Shown in pieces: positions 1 through 14,580 of a stretch of 64,000 nucleotides of DNA. Numbering within the stretch: position 1 is the stretch's first letter; each line of letters opens with the position of its first letter. The DNA is from the human T2T-CHM13v2.0 reference genome, Homo sapiens: the NCBI RefSeq assembly GCF_009914755.1, contig NC_060928.1; one strand, written 5' to 3'. The position numbers and the translations under genes were made by a program. The notes beneath the pieces are model-generated. The model was not told where the DNA came from. It ran no database searches and saw nothing but the letters and a program-made list of their open reading frames with translations.

Positions 1-1034
1 AAATTACTCAGTAGCTAATCAACTGATTTACCCCATAGAGGGACATAAGCACAAGGAAACAGGACCCAAATCACCAGGTGACTGCAAGAATAACACTCAA
101 AATCCAGGCTGAGATAGAGCATAATTTATTCAATCCTCCTCTAGGAATCTCTAACCAAGGGTAATTTATATTTTTCAGGCCTTAGTATAACATCAGTCTC
201 AGAGCCTTCGGTAAGATTAAAGTTACAGATAATTGGGAAATAACACACAGAGTCCTGAATTTAAGTCAGCATTCATTCCTTCCACAAATTCTTATATTAA
301 ATGTCTTCTATATACCTTGCTCTAAGGGTTAGTTGTGCTCAAGGCAGAAAATAGCATGTTCCAAACAATCAGCAGAGCCGCTTTCTGACTCTAATTCCAC
401 TACTAATTCTGTGATCTTAAGAAAGTCAGGAACATTTCCTACTGAGGACAGTACAGCTAGCTACTAAATAATGTTAGCTCCATTATTTAGTAGCCCCATT
501 TAATGTTAACTTTCTGCAATTCTAGAATTATGTAGAAATCTAGGTACCCACCCAAAACATTTTTAGAACGTTTTGGATCAATTGACATGTTGGAAGATCC
601 TATGTCCACAGGTATTTTATTTCTTCCTCTGTGGAAACAAATTCATTTTTATCTGTTTGGCCTCTGATAGAAGTGTCGTGCTATTTTACTCTAAAATAAT
701 TGTTATTATATTTCAAAATAAATGAATATTAACCACGGCTAATCATAATGCAGAAAAGAGTAATCGTCTTGGCTCCAAATCTGAAGTCAGTCAACCCCAC
801 AACCAAGAATTTTAAACCCTAGCTTTAATCAAATGATGACAACATAGTTTGCCAGAAAACAAAGCTACAATTATGTGCTGTAAGCAATAGCAGGATTGTA
901 ATATTCATGTATTAAATAAAAATTATTAATTGAAAGAGTATATGATATTACTACAGGTCCTTACACTTATGAAGAGCTCAGTGAATGCAATTTGTATTCA
1001 AAAATGCATAATAACAAACCACCAGCCTACAGTC

Positions 1035-1220
1035 AATGGGCACTTTCTATGTTGCTGGCGCTGTTCTTTACATGCAGAGATTCATTTAATCCTCATAACA
1101 ACCCTATGAAGGAGGTAAGTTTTACAAATGAAAAATAAAGCAAAACAAACAAGCAAATAAACTACAACACAGAGAAACCGAGTACATGCCTAAGTTCACC
1201 CAGCTTCTAAGTCCAGGCAC
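1035..1220 (-). mobile_element. MIR SINE relic
   Basis: ttcatttaatcctcataacaaccctatgaaggagg...tttacaaatg matches the antisense MIR core; boundaries approximate. Confidence 0.7.
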
Positions 1221-2342
1221 TTTCCATGATTGCCTTTGCATACCCTTGCTTTTTCCGTATCCTTTGAGCTGGCTAAAGTATCCCAGAGTAGATCAAAAAT
1301 TAGATGGTCATACTTTAGGAGTAAATATTAGGAAACTCCAATGCTGAATGCAAACATAAATTAGTTTTGCCATATGGCTGTTATTAACATTAATTAACAT
1401 TGGTAAGGCATCTTATATAGGTAAAGCTTTATACTTCGGGATAATGAAGAATGTATCATTAGTTCACCTTAGTTTCAAGAAAGCAAACAAAAAGCTCTCA
1501 GAGACCAGGCCATTTACCCATTCTGATGTTAGGGTTGACCTTGCCTAACTGTTTAATGCTCTTAACACCCTGGGGTTCACAAGTTCTAAACTCACCAGAG
1601 TCCTTTCTGACATTTATAATAGGAAATTTGTTGAAAGATATGCATGAGAAACAAGTGGAGAAAAGGAGAAAATATGTGGCAAATATGATGTAAGCAAAAG
1701 GATTGAAAAAGGGAAAAGTAGGTGCAAGTAAAATGGTGCTAAAATTGGAGAGGTTTTCTTTGCAGTGCCAACACATCAAAAAAAACTTCATTGAATTGGT
1801 ACATATTCATTTCCAAGTCACTCATCTGAGTCTTTTATATACAATTATATAATACAAAACTCATAACACTCTTAACTGATGAGTAACACTGCCAACATTA
1901 TACAAATGTCTTGAGTCGAGTTTTCTAATAATATTTCTCCTACCCATCACTAAGTTTCTCTCCAGAGCACATTTTTTTTTCTAGCTGTATCCAATTACAG
2001 CTCCAAAGAAATTTAGGTAACTTGAACCATAAGCAGGATCCAACAACCATTACCAGAGGATCTGAGTGTAAAGCTTGGTGGTCAAAGAGGTGTGTATTAT
2101 TTTTTCACCCAGTAAGCATTAGTGTCCTGTGTAAAGGAGAGGGTAAAACACCTAGGGTAAATCTCATTTCCACTCGCATTTTTCATACCAGGGAGAGCTG
2201 GTTAATCATCAAGCTTATCATTGAAGAGGAAATGAAATGCCTGAATATGCCCAGATGCATATTAGCATCATCTAGAAAGCTTCTCACTTATGACAAATCC
2301 CTCAACACTTCATGCCTTTCAAAGCAACCATCCAGTAGACAA

Positions 2343-2839
2343 AGTTGCAGGACACATCTCTGGGTGGCCTTGGACTAACCAAGTTCTCCTCACTTTCTCA
2401 CTTGTAGTTCTCAAAAATATCTATAGATTGTTCTGGGAATGCAACATGTGAGATAAGGAGGAACACTAGAAAAGCCCAGGCTGTGTTCCTGCCTTCCCTA
2501 GAACATGATGTCATGCAACGCTTTAGCACAGGATGTCATTTTCCCATCAAAGTATAAAACCCTAGGCAGACTATTTTTGAGGTCTCTCAGCTGCAGTGCA
2601 AATGCAAATCTGCAGTCCAAGTTTCTATCCAACTTGGACAACTTCTCTGAGCCTTAGGGGATTGGCTCACCACAAAAACTAGGCTTCTACCATCCCTTGC
2701 TGCTTATCTGTGGGTAATTAAATTTCTTAACTTGCCATGTGAGTGTTCTTTCTCTCTGGACTCATACAGGTAGTAGAAATTGAAGCCCAAGATGTAGTGG
2801 GCCAAAGTGGTAACCAGTGGACAGTGAGCCTGCTTCACA
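2343..2839 (+). mobile_element. ERVL solo LTR, MER54/MER73/MER74-like
   Basis: gggtggccttggactaaccaagttctcc...cttgtagttctc...gggaatgcaacat; ends in cctgcttcaca; related to the LTR at 36830-37484; exact subfamily uncertain. Confidence 0.6.
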
Positions 2840-5271
2840 AATACCACAAGGGAGTCCCAAAGTGAATGGACCAGGATGATCAGCTTGATTCATTGATCCC
2901 TTAGGAATGTCTTTGTCCATGGTATGAAATGATAACATGGTCACAAACATAAGACTGAACAAAATTTTCTAGTCCCTATTGTTTATGCAAACATATGCAT
3001 AGATCTTTTTTAAAGTAGTACCCAAATGTACTTGAAAACTGGGATTATGTGAAATTGAAAAACTATTTCATTTCTCTTCAGAATGGAATTATATTATCTT
3101 AATCTTTCTGTGGAAATCTCAGGTAAATTTATACCCATCAGTAAAACATTTCATTTTCTAACTTCTCAAATAAATTAATAAGCAATTCTTGCTTGAAAAA
3201 ATGATTTTTCTTGTATACCATTCAATTTTTTTGATCTTCTTAATAATGCATCACTTTTGCCAGTTGTAAACAAATACAATTTTAATTTACAAAGTCAGAA
3301 ATGTATATTCAAAACAAACGTGATCTGATAAAATTGCAACAAGTGACGTTCTTGGTCATCTCTTTTTTCAGCTGCTACCTAAATAATTGTCAACCTATAT
3401 AAAAGTGTGAAACACCTGGAGTATAGAGCCACTTGCTTAAGTGTATTTTACACTGTATATTTAATACATTTTTATATAATTTTTCTGAAGGACTATAGAG
3501 CCGAAAAATTTGTATCCAATGTTTTTGAAAGGTAGATATTATAAATATAATAAAAAGCCACTCAGTGCATTTATATGTAACATTTGCACAACCAAGTTCA
3601 GTTCTATTTGCTTATCAAAAAAAAAGAAAAAAGCAGCTCTATGCATGATTCATTGTATTGGGCTCCTTTAATGGCCAATTCTGATCCCTGCCAAGGTTTC
3701 ATTGATTGTTCTATTAATACACCCGAGGAAAAAAATGAAGAATAAATCAAGCAATCCAGGACCAACTTAGTCATGGTACAGATACATGGCCTAAAAGCCA
3801 GAAAGTAAAATCCTTTAACAAGCTTGCCTGAGTACTTGCTGACTTCCTGCTAAATCACTACTGTTTCTGTGAATTAGGCTGGTCTGTGTCTCCTCATTCC
3901 ATTTTGAAAATTTTTCTCTTTTAAAATGATTTTCAATTATGTTATCTGAATTTTTCCCTCTTTTCAACTTTACCTCTGCATATCTACATAGCCTACTTAA
4001 AGTGTATGGACATGTATATACACATATATGTTTATATTTATAAATGCTAAATATATTTTTAATGTTATAAGCAATATGCCTTCAGCTGAAACAATAATGT
4101 TGATTAAAATGAACTTTTATTTTAAAAAATGTTTGTTAGATATGCTGACAGTTTAACAAACAGAGCAAATAATGCCAGTAAGCAGTTGTGTAAATGAACA
4201 GGAACATCAGTTTTTTGCTGGTCATTATAATTAGTAATAAAAAACAAATAGCCAAAAGGTAAATGTGAACTAACTTACGCTGTCTCATTAAAATTGCTTT
4301 GTCAAAGAAAAACTAGTATCTTTCAAATGAAAAGTAACTGAAACAATGTATTAGTTTAGGTTTTAATTAAAAACTGAAAATTCAACATAACGATTGCCTA
4401 ATTTCACTAGTTGGAAAAACAGAATGCAATAAAATTTAGTTAAACTGATTTCATACATATGTAATTTATGAAGAAGTATCTGAAGCACTATGTTTGATAT
4501 AAATGTGTAAATTAAGTACAAACTAGGCATTTAAGAAAAAATATATTTGATAAGAAATGTATCAATTATGTAATTTTTATTAATATTACAGTAGTATGTT
4601 CTTCAACATCTGATGAAACCAACTAAAGTGGCTCTTTAAAAATGTTTAAGCATGTTTAATAATTTACATTACCCTGATATAGAAGGCACAATAGGCACAA
4701 ATTCCAAGTATGAACCTTAAAAATGTTTAGCCATAGGGTGGTACTAGTGAGCGGATATATTCAAACAGCTAAAACACCTACTAATGTTAATATTTATCTC
4801 ATGCTAGAAAGCAAGCAGATTTGTTTTCATAATTTTCTTATTTTCACTCTGGCCTTTGGATGTTTTCATCTGCATCTTTCCATGTTTTCCAATTCATCAT
4901 CATCTTCCCACCCTCAAATCTTTCACACCTCACATTTCTTTTATTAATAAAACTCTATGCTTATAAAGCCTATTTTTTTGCCTAACCAACACTTTCCATA
5001 CACGACATCCTTAAATGACTCACCATTAGTTACCAAAGATTCCAATTTCCTTTGAATGTTATTTGCATCACTTATGACTTAGTCCCACACTATCTTTCTG
5101 GAATTTGCTGTCACTGCTGTATAACAAAACTATAATCAAACTAACTACATGGATTTGCACATATGTATACTTTTTATTGTAAATTCAGAGTTCTGCTTGA
5201 GCTATTCCATCACCTCTGTTTTGAATGGTCATTTAATTTAATCTCTAAACCCCTTCCTGTCAGGTCCCTAG

Positions 5272-5622
<351 letters not shown>

Positions 5623-6299
5623 CCATCAATCTTTTTCTTTACACTTCAGAAATAATTTCTTCTTCACCCCATTTCTAATATGAGGGTATAAATTAATTAC
5701 ATTTTCATAAACACTTTTAATGTATTTATACTGAGTACCAATTATGGCCAACACCCTGTTAGACAGTACAAAGGATGCTATAGTGAAAAAAGATGTAATC
5801 TCTATTCTCCAGAATATTATATTCTCATGAAGATATACAGTAAACACACGCATGACTATAATACTAAGTAGTGAAAGGAAGTTTCCCTAAGAAAAGTACA
5901 TTGCAATTTCTGAGAAGATATAAAGAAACCTCTGTTGAGAATAGCTATATTTGTGATGACAACTGAAGTAGACTTCAAAAAAATAAAATAATATTAACAG
6001 TCAAAGATAAAGTAGAGATGAATATTTCCACATAAATAAATAGGAACAAATGTATGAAGATGAAAAAGCTCAGAGTGTGTTTATGGAACTTCTATGGCCT
6101 CAATTGTACCCTCCCACTCAGTGACCCAGTTTTTGGTACTTTGTTATGGCATCCCTGGGAAACTAATGTGCTCGTGTTTCTAAATCTAGCTATACAAGAC
6201 CACTTAAAGTTACCAACCTTATGTTTTTACCCCCAAGCATTGTGGCTTTGCAGTGGAATTAACTTTTCTTCATAATCACCCATATAAATTTATTATTTC

Positions 6300-6563
6300 T
6301 ATTAGACCCAAAGTAGGTATCATCTTCTCTGGGAAACCTTTTTGGAGCTCAGTGGCACTTAGTTGCCAGTTGCATGTGTTTGTAAAACTTGTGCATAACT
6401 GGATCTGAGGAGTTTTCGCTCTGTATTTTAATTGTCTATGTATTTATATGTCACCCTTGATAGACCATGGTCTCCCTGACAGTAACCCCTGTATTTAATA
6501 TCTCTATCTCCAAGGATTCACAGCAGTGCTCACTAAGTGCATGTGAATGAATGGATGGATGAA
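6300..6563 (+). mobile_element. L2 3' end relic
   Basis: catcttctctgggaaacct...cagtgctcactaagtgcatgtgaatgaatggatggatgaa resembles the L2 terminus. Confidence 0.55.
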
Positions 6564-7176
6564 CGTGCAGTCTCTGGAAGTTAAAAAGTTTGTTGTACAG
6601 AGAGGCTGAAAAAGAAGAAATCAAAGTGACAGCAATAGGTCAAGCTTTATTAACCAAAAAACTGGTGGTGCCATTATTTGATATTTAGATGTGAGGGGAG
6701 ACAGTGTTTTTAAGTGAAGAAAATAACGTAAATGGATCTGACATGCAGAAGAAAAGTATTAGTAGCAATGTAAATGTAGAGCTAAGGAAGAAGATTGAAT
6801 GATTCATTTTTTTTTTCTCCCCTTCCTTCTTCCTTCTTTCTTCCTTCTCCATTTACTCAACAGCATCTAATTGAATGCTTTGTGCCTGAGACTGGATATA
6901 CAGTGATGAGGAAAGAGGCAAGGTGACTGCATTAATAAAGTTTAGAGTCTGATGAGAGAGGCATGCGGGTATTAAAATGTGTACCTCTGAATTAGAGAGT
7001 CATGAGTTGTTCTCTAAATAGAATATAAACACTCATACGCACATATGCACATAAACACCAATATTAATGATATTAAGCAAATGAAGTAAAACAAGCACAA
7101 TCACTTATTTTGACCATTTTCATTCTATTCTTTGTCTATGTGTATAACTATTAATAATAATAATTAATAATTATAG

Positions 7177-7619
7177 TGCTGCAATAAACACTTGGAACCA
7201 ACCCAAATGTCCAACAATGATAGACTGGATTAAGAAAATGTGGCACATATACACCCATGGAATACTATGCAGCCATAAAAAATGATGAGTTCATGTCCTT
7301 TGCAGGGACATGGATGAAGCTGGAAACCATCATTCTCAGCAAACTATCACAAGGACAAAAAAACCAAACACTGCATGTTCTCACTCATAGGTGGGAATTG
7401 AACAATGAGAACACATGGACACAGGAAGGGGAACATCACACACCGGGGCCTGTTGTGGAGTGGGGGGAGGGGGGAGGGATAGCATTAGGAGATATACCCA
7501 ATGTTAAATGATGAGTTAATGGGTGCAGCACACCAACATGGCATATGTATACATATGTAACAAACCTGCACATTGTGCACATGTACCCTAAAACTTAAAG
7601 TATAATAAAATAATAATAA
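7177..7619 (+). mobile_element. 5'-truncated L1PA (about L1PA3-6) 3' end with a tiny 5' inversion
   Basis: cttggaaccaacccaaatgtccaacaatgatagactgg...aaacttaaagtataata is the L1PA ORF2 end and 3'UTR; flanking TSD taataattatag at 7165-7176 and 7620-7631. Confidence 0.95.
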
Positions 7620-7964
7620 TAATAATTATAGGCTAGGTACTGTCCTAACTACTTTTATGAATTAACTAAATTTCAAATGCTTATAGATTATTATGATATC
7701 TATACCTTATTAAATACTTACTTAATAGCAGTTGTTGCCATCATTATGTAGGATTTTTTCATCTATTAAATCTCTTCTTTGGAATATATTTCTTCGCATA
7801 CAGCTAATAGTTAAAAGGAATTAAAATTTTTCATAGCCCTGAATAAATGTTTTTCATATTTTCAAAAGGATTTGCTCCAGTTGACAATAATCTAACTAAT
7901 TTAGAATGTACTAGTGTTAAGTATATTCTTTGTCATTTGGTGTTATCTTTTTAAAAATGGGTAC

Positions 7965-8329
7965 TGATATGGTTTTGCTGGGTCCCCACCCAAATCTCAT
8001 CTTGAATTGCAGCTCCCATAATTCCCACGTGTCACGGGAGGGACCTGGTGGGAGGTAATTGAATCATGGGGGCGGGTTTTTCCTGTGCTGTTCTCATGAT
8101 AGTGAATAAGTCTCACCATATCTGATGGTTTTATAAAGGGGATCTCCCTTGCATATGCTCTGTCTTGCCTGCAGCCATATAAGATGTGACTTTGCTCCTC
8201 ATTCACCTTCCATCATGATTGTGAGGCCTCCCCAGCCATGTGGAACTGTGAGTCCATGAAACCTCTTTTCTTTATAAATTATCAGTCTCGGATATCTCCT
8301 TAATAGCAGCATGAGAACAGACTAATACA
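7965..8329 (+). mobile_element. THE1 (C/D-like) solo LTR, ERVL-MaLR
   Basis: tgatatggtttt...cccacccaaatctcatcttgaattg...gactaataca; 5-bp TSD ggtac/gctac. Confidence 0.9.
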
Positions 8330-8554
8330 GCTACTAATAGTTTTAACTTAAAATTTATTCATCAGACTCACCTGTACTTCCTCCGCTATGATCTTTTTCT
8401 ACACGTACATTAGTATTAATGTACTTGTAATATACTGCTTTTACCTATAATTATCTATATCACAGATGTTTCTCTTGTCATATATATTTAATATTTTCAT
8501 TTGTTATTTTATCTCATATTCATATAATTATTTATTTTTATAGAACTTTTATTA

Positions 8555-8810
8555 TTTTCCATAAAAGGAGTTGTGTATATTTAAGTTATGCAATATAATC
8601 TCATGAGATACAGATAGGTAGGAAAATGGTTGCTATAGTGAAACAAGTTAACATACCTATCATCTCACACTATTACCCAGTTTTTTGCATATGACAATAG
8701 CAGCTAAATTCTACTCCTTCAGCGAAAGCCCAGAATATGATATTATTAAATGTAGTCTATGTGTTGTACATTAGATCTCTAGATTTGTTCATCCTATGTA
8801 TATGTATCCT
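8555..8810 (-). mobile_element. L1MA-type 3' end fragment
   Basis: gtgtatatttaagttatgcaat...tgttgtacattagatctctagatttgttcatcct matches an antisense L1MA 3'UTR. Confidence 0.7.
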
Positions 8811-9149
8811 TTGGTACAGAACTTTTGTGTATACTTTCAAATATTTCAATATTTTCATTGTATTTCCTGCACTGTATTTCAGAGCTTCTGAAGTTAGCAC
8901 TGCTCTAGAGAGTGAATTAAATATTCAATTCTGTCTTCTGGCCCCTCTATCATCTTTGTTTTAATTCATTAATGCATTTCCAGAGTTTGATCTCTCAGCT
9001 CCTCTTTGGGGACCCCAGGCCCTTCCTGTTAATTCCTCTCACACAGCTCTGGTTAAGGTCACTGCTTCTGTCAAGTGGCCATAGACTTATATCGTGCCAA
9101 ACTGAGCCACTATCATTCCCCATCCCATTCCTTCAAATCTTGTCTTCAC

Positions 9150-10330
9150 TTGTCTCCCATGATGCAACAATCTCTTTAGTTCTCTCTAATTCTCTGACAA
9201 CCCCTCCTTTTCTAGTTCCACCTCCTGCATGTTGTAGTATCCCAGTCTTCACTCCTCGGCATTACTCTCTTCTCTGCCTATGCACACTTGTCCATTCCCC
9301 AGGCTTTAAATGCCATCTGTAGCTGTGACTCTGAAATTTATCACTGCAGTCATTGAGAGCTCCACTAAATTAATATATCTAACTTTCTGCCTAATATCTC
9401 CATGTAAATTTCTAATAAGTATCATAACCTTAATATATCCAAACAAGGCTCTTGATTCTTTTCCATTCCACTCCAACTTGTCTCCTCCAATAATCTTTCC
9501 TATATCAGTAATTGCTACAAATATTGAGCAACTGTTCAGTTGCCATCTTTGCTTCCTCTCTTACAATTCACACTGAATTCGTCTCAGTTCTTGCTGCGTT
9601 TCAGTCATGAAATATATTAAATCTGACCACTTCTTATTACTTCAAACACTAACCACTGGCCATGAGTTCTTTTGTCTCTAGTGTGGACTTCTATATGCTG
9701 TAGCCTCCTAAATCTCTTCTTGTTTCTCATCTGGGTTCCTATGGCTTAGTTTCCATGGGTAACAACAGTGGTCTTTGTTAAATATAAATAATTAATACTA
9801 TACATATATTATGTCATTTAATTCTCAGAATAGCCTAATAGGTGGGTCACATTTACTTTCCCATTTCACAGATAAGGAAAATGAATAACTTGCCCAAGAT
9901 TATTGCTAAGATTGAAAGTGAGGCAGCCTGCTTTCTTAGCTCACTCTGTTATACATTCACACCTTTGTTTAAACCATTCAGTGGCTTTTCATCATTCATA
10001 GAATAGAATCTACACTCTATCCAAACATTGACCTCTACCATTTTACATGATTTTGCCCCTGCCTACATTTCCTAATCCTCAAACACCACCACATTGGTTT
10101 CTATCTTAGATCATTTGCACTGTGTGACACTGTGGTTTCCTTCTACTCCACTCTCAGATCTTTGTATAACTCACTCCCTCAATTATTCAGTTCTCTGCTC
10201 GATTGTTGCTGGTAAACTTATATAAAATCACCTTCTCTCCCTAGTTTCTCCTCTCACCACTCCTTCACCTTCTATCTCTTCATGACTTCCTGAAATTATT
10301 AAAATATATCTGCTGAGTGTTTAACTGCCT
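9150..10330 (+). mobile_element. L2 relic with an embedded MIR (about 9810-9950)
   Basis: cccaggctttaaatgccatctg, atctgaccacttcttattac and ccattcagtggcttttcat are L2-like; ccatttcacagataaggaaa...cttgcccaag is MIR-like. Confidence 0.6.
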
Positions 10331-13300
10331 AAAATCAATATTTTAGCATAGCAGTTGTTTTCCTTACAATTCTAATATGTATATCTTGAAATAATCTTAA
10401 AGTTACTTAAAATATGTTTTTTTAATTCCCTATTGCAATTCTGGAAGATGTCAATGTACAAGAAAAGAGTGTATTTGACCATCCTAATACTCACACAAAG
10501 TGCCCACACAATGCCATTTCTATTGTAGATATTTGAAAAGATGTATATCATAAAGGAACACATGAAATAATGGTTTTCTTCATGTCATACTTTTTAAAAA
10601 TATCATCAACTAAAGAACGGTTTTTATGTAGGATAAACATTCTCTCTCTGGCTTAAAAAACTTAAATTATCCACTTACACTTAATAACAATAAACTATCT
10701 CAGGAACAATAGAGTTTAAATAAATTAGGAAGTAATTGCCTTCCCTAATCCCCAGTGTTCTTAATTCCCTTTGTCTCTGGTCCAAATCCAACCAAAAAAC
10801 TCTTAACCAAAGTGCAGTTATACTACTACATTCATTCTTGTTATTTGGCACCACTGCTCCAAATCTAAGGTGGAAATTTTACCATAATGTGAGCAGGGTC
10901 AATTTTTGCAAGTCTTTAGAATATAGCTTAATATTTAGTCCAGTAATAAATTTTAAAATATACCATATCTTCAAGGGCTTTTGGATTCCCTCATTTCTTA
11001 AAATACTAGATGAGAACATAGCACTTGTAAAGATAGAAAGTAACATGGTAAAGTTTGAAAAAGCAGCAGGTATGTGAGGCATGAAAAAATAATGAGGCGA
11101 GGATATTTGCTGATCTGAACTTCAATAGCGTAACGTTCTCTAGGGAAAATGTTTTTACAGACACTTCAATCATTTATGCTAGTAGCCTTTGCTTTACTGG
11201 TGGGTGTTAAGTTGTTGTGGTATTTTTTTTTCTAAGTGGGTCAAGAGCACGTATGTTTTAAACACAGAAAAATATGTTAAGGTAATAAATAATAAGGACT
11301 TGATTTTAAAATTATGGCACTCACAAGGATGTAGTTTAAGACTTTAGTAATTCCCAGTGTGACCTCCTGGGCTTGCTGCATTCTCAGCAGAAAACCATCT
11401 GCATTCTCTACAATGTACGCAAATGCTACCAACTGTTATTGGAGAAACACAACATGTTAGGCACATGATGTGTCAGGTAAGCAAAAAAGAAACGGGTTTT
11501 CCCTCCTAAATGTTAGCCTCCGTTCATACCTCATTCCTTATTCTCTCCCCATTAGTAAATCTGTGGTGTGCAGTGAGACACAACAATTCCTTCTGCCACT
11601 GGAGTCCCATTTAATGTCCTCATGTCTGTGCTTTCAACGATTCCCTCATGGGCCATCAAATTTCTGAACAAATGTATCACCTTCTGTTCTGTCTGCATGC
11701 AGAATGTCCATTTCTTCACATCCCAGGGAGATTCAAAATAAAAACAAACAAAGAAAGATCTCCATTCAAGCATGGATTCTATTCATTTATGGATTTGAAG
11801 AAATGACCAACATAAACTTTTACTAGAAGTCATGATCAATGGAAAAAAAGAGAAAGCAGAGTGGAAAAAGCAAAACTTGGGTCACGGATCTGTTGATAAA
11901 CTGATTTATCTTTTTGTCTTGTTCTAATATTTAGACTTTAGAATTTCCCTTGTGGAGAATCATAGCTGGTCACTTTTTCATAGAACCCAGTGGCAAATAA
12001 GTTGTCTGCTCAGGTATTTGGCATAAAAATTATTGCACTGCAAGTTATCAAATTCAGAAAAATACTTTCATAGAGTATCTTTGGCCCTACTTTCATATAT
12101 CAGCACTTTTTTAATCCTAGAAAACTACAATATGCTCTTATTCTTTCATTAAATACATAAGCAAAAGCTGCATTTACTGATGAAATAAACATAAACATTT
12201 AAGTAATCCCTACATACCAGTTTGTTCACTTTTTTTTTAAATTATAATAAGCTAAAGATTTTCTTGAAACTTGAAAACATTCCTGTCATTCATGGTTGGC
12301 AGATGTTGTGAGTTGGAGAATACTCATAAGTGTTTAAAAAATATATTCACTCTATGATAAATTTATTTCTTCATAAATGTCAGTTGGGCTTTTAAGCCTG
12401 CAGGAAGCAATGCCTGTAAAACTTTACATTTTTATAAACTTTTAACTTTAAATGCAATCTAGAGGAATACAAATTAAGGTGGCACCATGTAAAAATGTTC
12501 AGTTTTTCTCCCTCAGAGATACTTCCCTGCGAACATGCTGTACAGTCACTCAAATCATACGACTAGACTACGTTTTACTACTTAGCTGTGTGATAAGGGG
12601 TTTAATCAGCCTCAAAAATGTTGACATCTGAAGATTTGTGTTAGAAAAGAATATAATGCCCGATCTTTGGAACTCGGGACTAAAAGTTCACACTTTTCAT
12701 TTAGTAGAAAATCGGATAGCTATACACCAGTAGGAATAGATGGTGCAGAAAAAATTTAAATTAAATGTGAAAGATACAAATTGTCAGGCATTAGACTGTG
12801 CTATTACCCTTGATTTAATGAAGCCCAATGTCTAGAGAAAGACCTCTAACTTGTCAGGTTGTTCTTTATAAAATGAACATTTTTTTACTGTACCAGGTTG
12901 CTGTTTGTAAAGGTCTATTTTTAATATACACTCTACTTCCTCAAGGAAGTTATCGGAAACAAAACTCACAGACTCATAAACTACTTAGTAGTTGAACATA
13001 CGAAATGGCCACAATAGTTGAAAGAGTATTTATAATAAATATTTTGAATTAAATTATTTTTAAGACACAGAGTTTTCTAATCATATTTGACTTTTAAATA
13101 ATTAAATTCTGCTGTTCTCAGACTAATGCAACTAACCATAACCCCATTTATTCATTTAATAAGTAATAATTGAATGACTACTATATGCCAAGCTCTCTTG
13201 GATTTTCAAGGGCCTTTGTTTCAGTATCTCATGGAAGGTATTATAGGTGTAATTACTTTGAAGTTTAGGTGGGCTTCCAACACAATATTCTGGAATCTGA

Positions 13301-13339
13301 TATCTCCAGAAGGAGACAAGGACAAATCATGATGTTTGG

Positions 13340-13553
13340 CATCACATAGAATAAATTCCAATTTGAACACAGACACTGACTAGCTGCATGAATTTGATTG
13401 CTTGAATGTTTGGTGTCTCAGTTTTTTCATCTGCATGGTGGTGAATATAATAATACTTCATAGTTTTGTTATGATGATTAAATGGGACAGTAGCTGTAAT
13501 GTGCTTAATACAGTGCCGGATACATAGAAAAATGCCCAGTAAATATTAGCTAT
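13340..13553 (+). mobile_element. MIR SINE relic
   Basis: gtctcagttttttcatctgc...gttttgttatgatgattaaatg...cagtgccggatacatag...aaatattagctat. Confidence 0.75.
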
Positions 13554-14394
13554 CACTAATAGCACTAGTAATAGTACTTAATAGCAGCAGTAGAAGTATT
13601 AGTATTTAGGCTAATAATATTTAATATTAACCATATGTAAGAGTATTCTTATTTAACTCTCATATGTTAAAAATTGTTAGAGAAGCCAATTTACATTTCC
13701 ATAGATGACAATATAAGAATGTTTGCATACAAATGCAAACATGGTACTTTGGAAAAATAATGCCTCAAGGTGATAGCATTGGAAACAAAACCCATTGTAT
13801 CCAATGGCAACGAGGTGAGATAACTGATTATTAGCTGATACCAAATGAATCAAATAGACTCTGCTTCAGTGAGTTTGCAAGTTCAGTTGAGGTGAAAAAA
13901 ATAAAAACACTAGAACAAGTAAAGAGTAAGAACAATAATGATTCAATTAATTTTTGACACTAAAAATATAAAATGTCATATGCTAATTTGAAATACAATG
14001 GTAGTAAAGAAAAATTAAGAAACAGAATGTGCTGAACCTAGTGAGAGACTTCACAGAAGATATATTCTTAATATAAAATGACATGACCTTGAACTGGAAG
14101 AAGAGGTAGCACCCAGTTGAATAAAAATGAAATGAATGCCTGCCAGTTCGTCTAGAGACACAACTTAAAAGTCTAGAGGCAAGTGAAGAAAAAGCAGAGA
14201 AGAAATCTGCCTTACTCCATCACAGACACAGGAAATAAGATAGGGTATGAGCTAGTGGACTTAAAAATAAAACAAATTTATTTTAGTAATCTAAATTTAA
14301 CTTTGTGGTTCGTAAAAATGATGGAAGCCTTGTACTGATGTCAGATGAAATCTTGAAATCTTGAACAGTTTAGGTTAGAGTGAAAAGATTTTGG

Positions 14395-14580
14395 TGACAG
14401 CTAATGTGTGATGAACACCTACTACATATATTAAGCAAGACTTTCTGCATACATTGACTCATTATTCTTCATGAAATCCCATGAGAGACATATAATTAGC
14501 TCATAGTTTAGGTATTAAAACTGAGGCTTATAGTATTTGAGCAATTCAGCCAAGTCCAAAGAACTAATAGAGATAGGATA
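14395..14580 (-). mobile_element. MIR SINE relic
   Basis: tgaacacctactac...attcttcatgaaatcccatgag...aaactgaggctt. Confidence 0.6.

Noticed and set aside
7257-7511. 84-aa ORF MEYYAAIKNDEF...
   Set aside because: It is the L1 ORF2 C-terminus reading into the 3'UTR of a truncated copy
10426-10570. A + frame peptide KCPHNAISIV, reminiscent of the ABCE1/ferredoxin KCPxxAIxIV motif
   Set aside because: The upstream CxxCxxC cysteines are absent and a stop follows within a few codons; most likely chance, not a pseudogene
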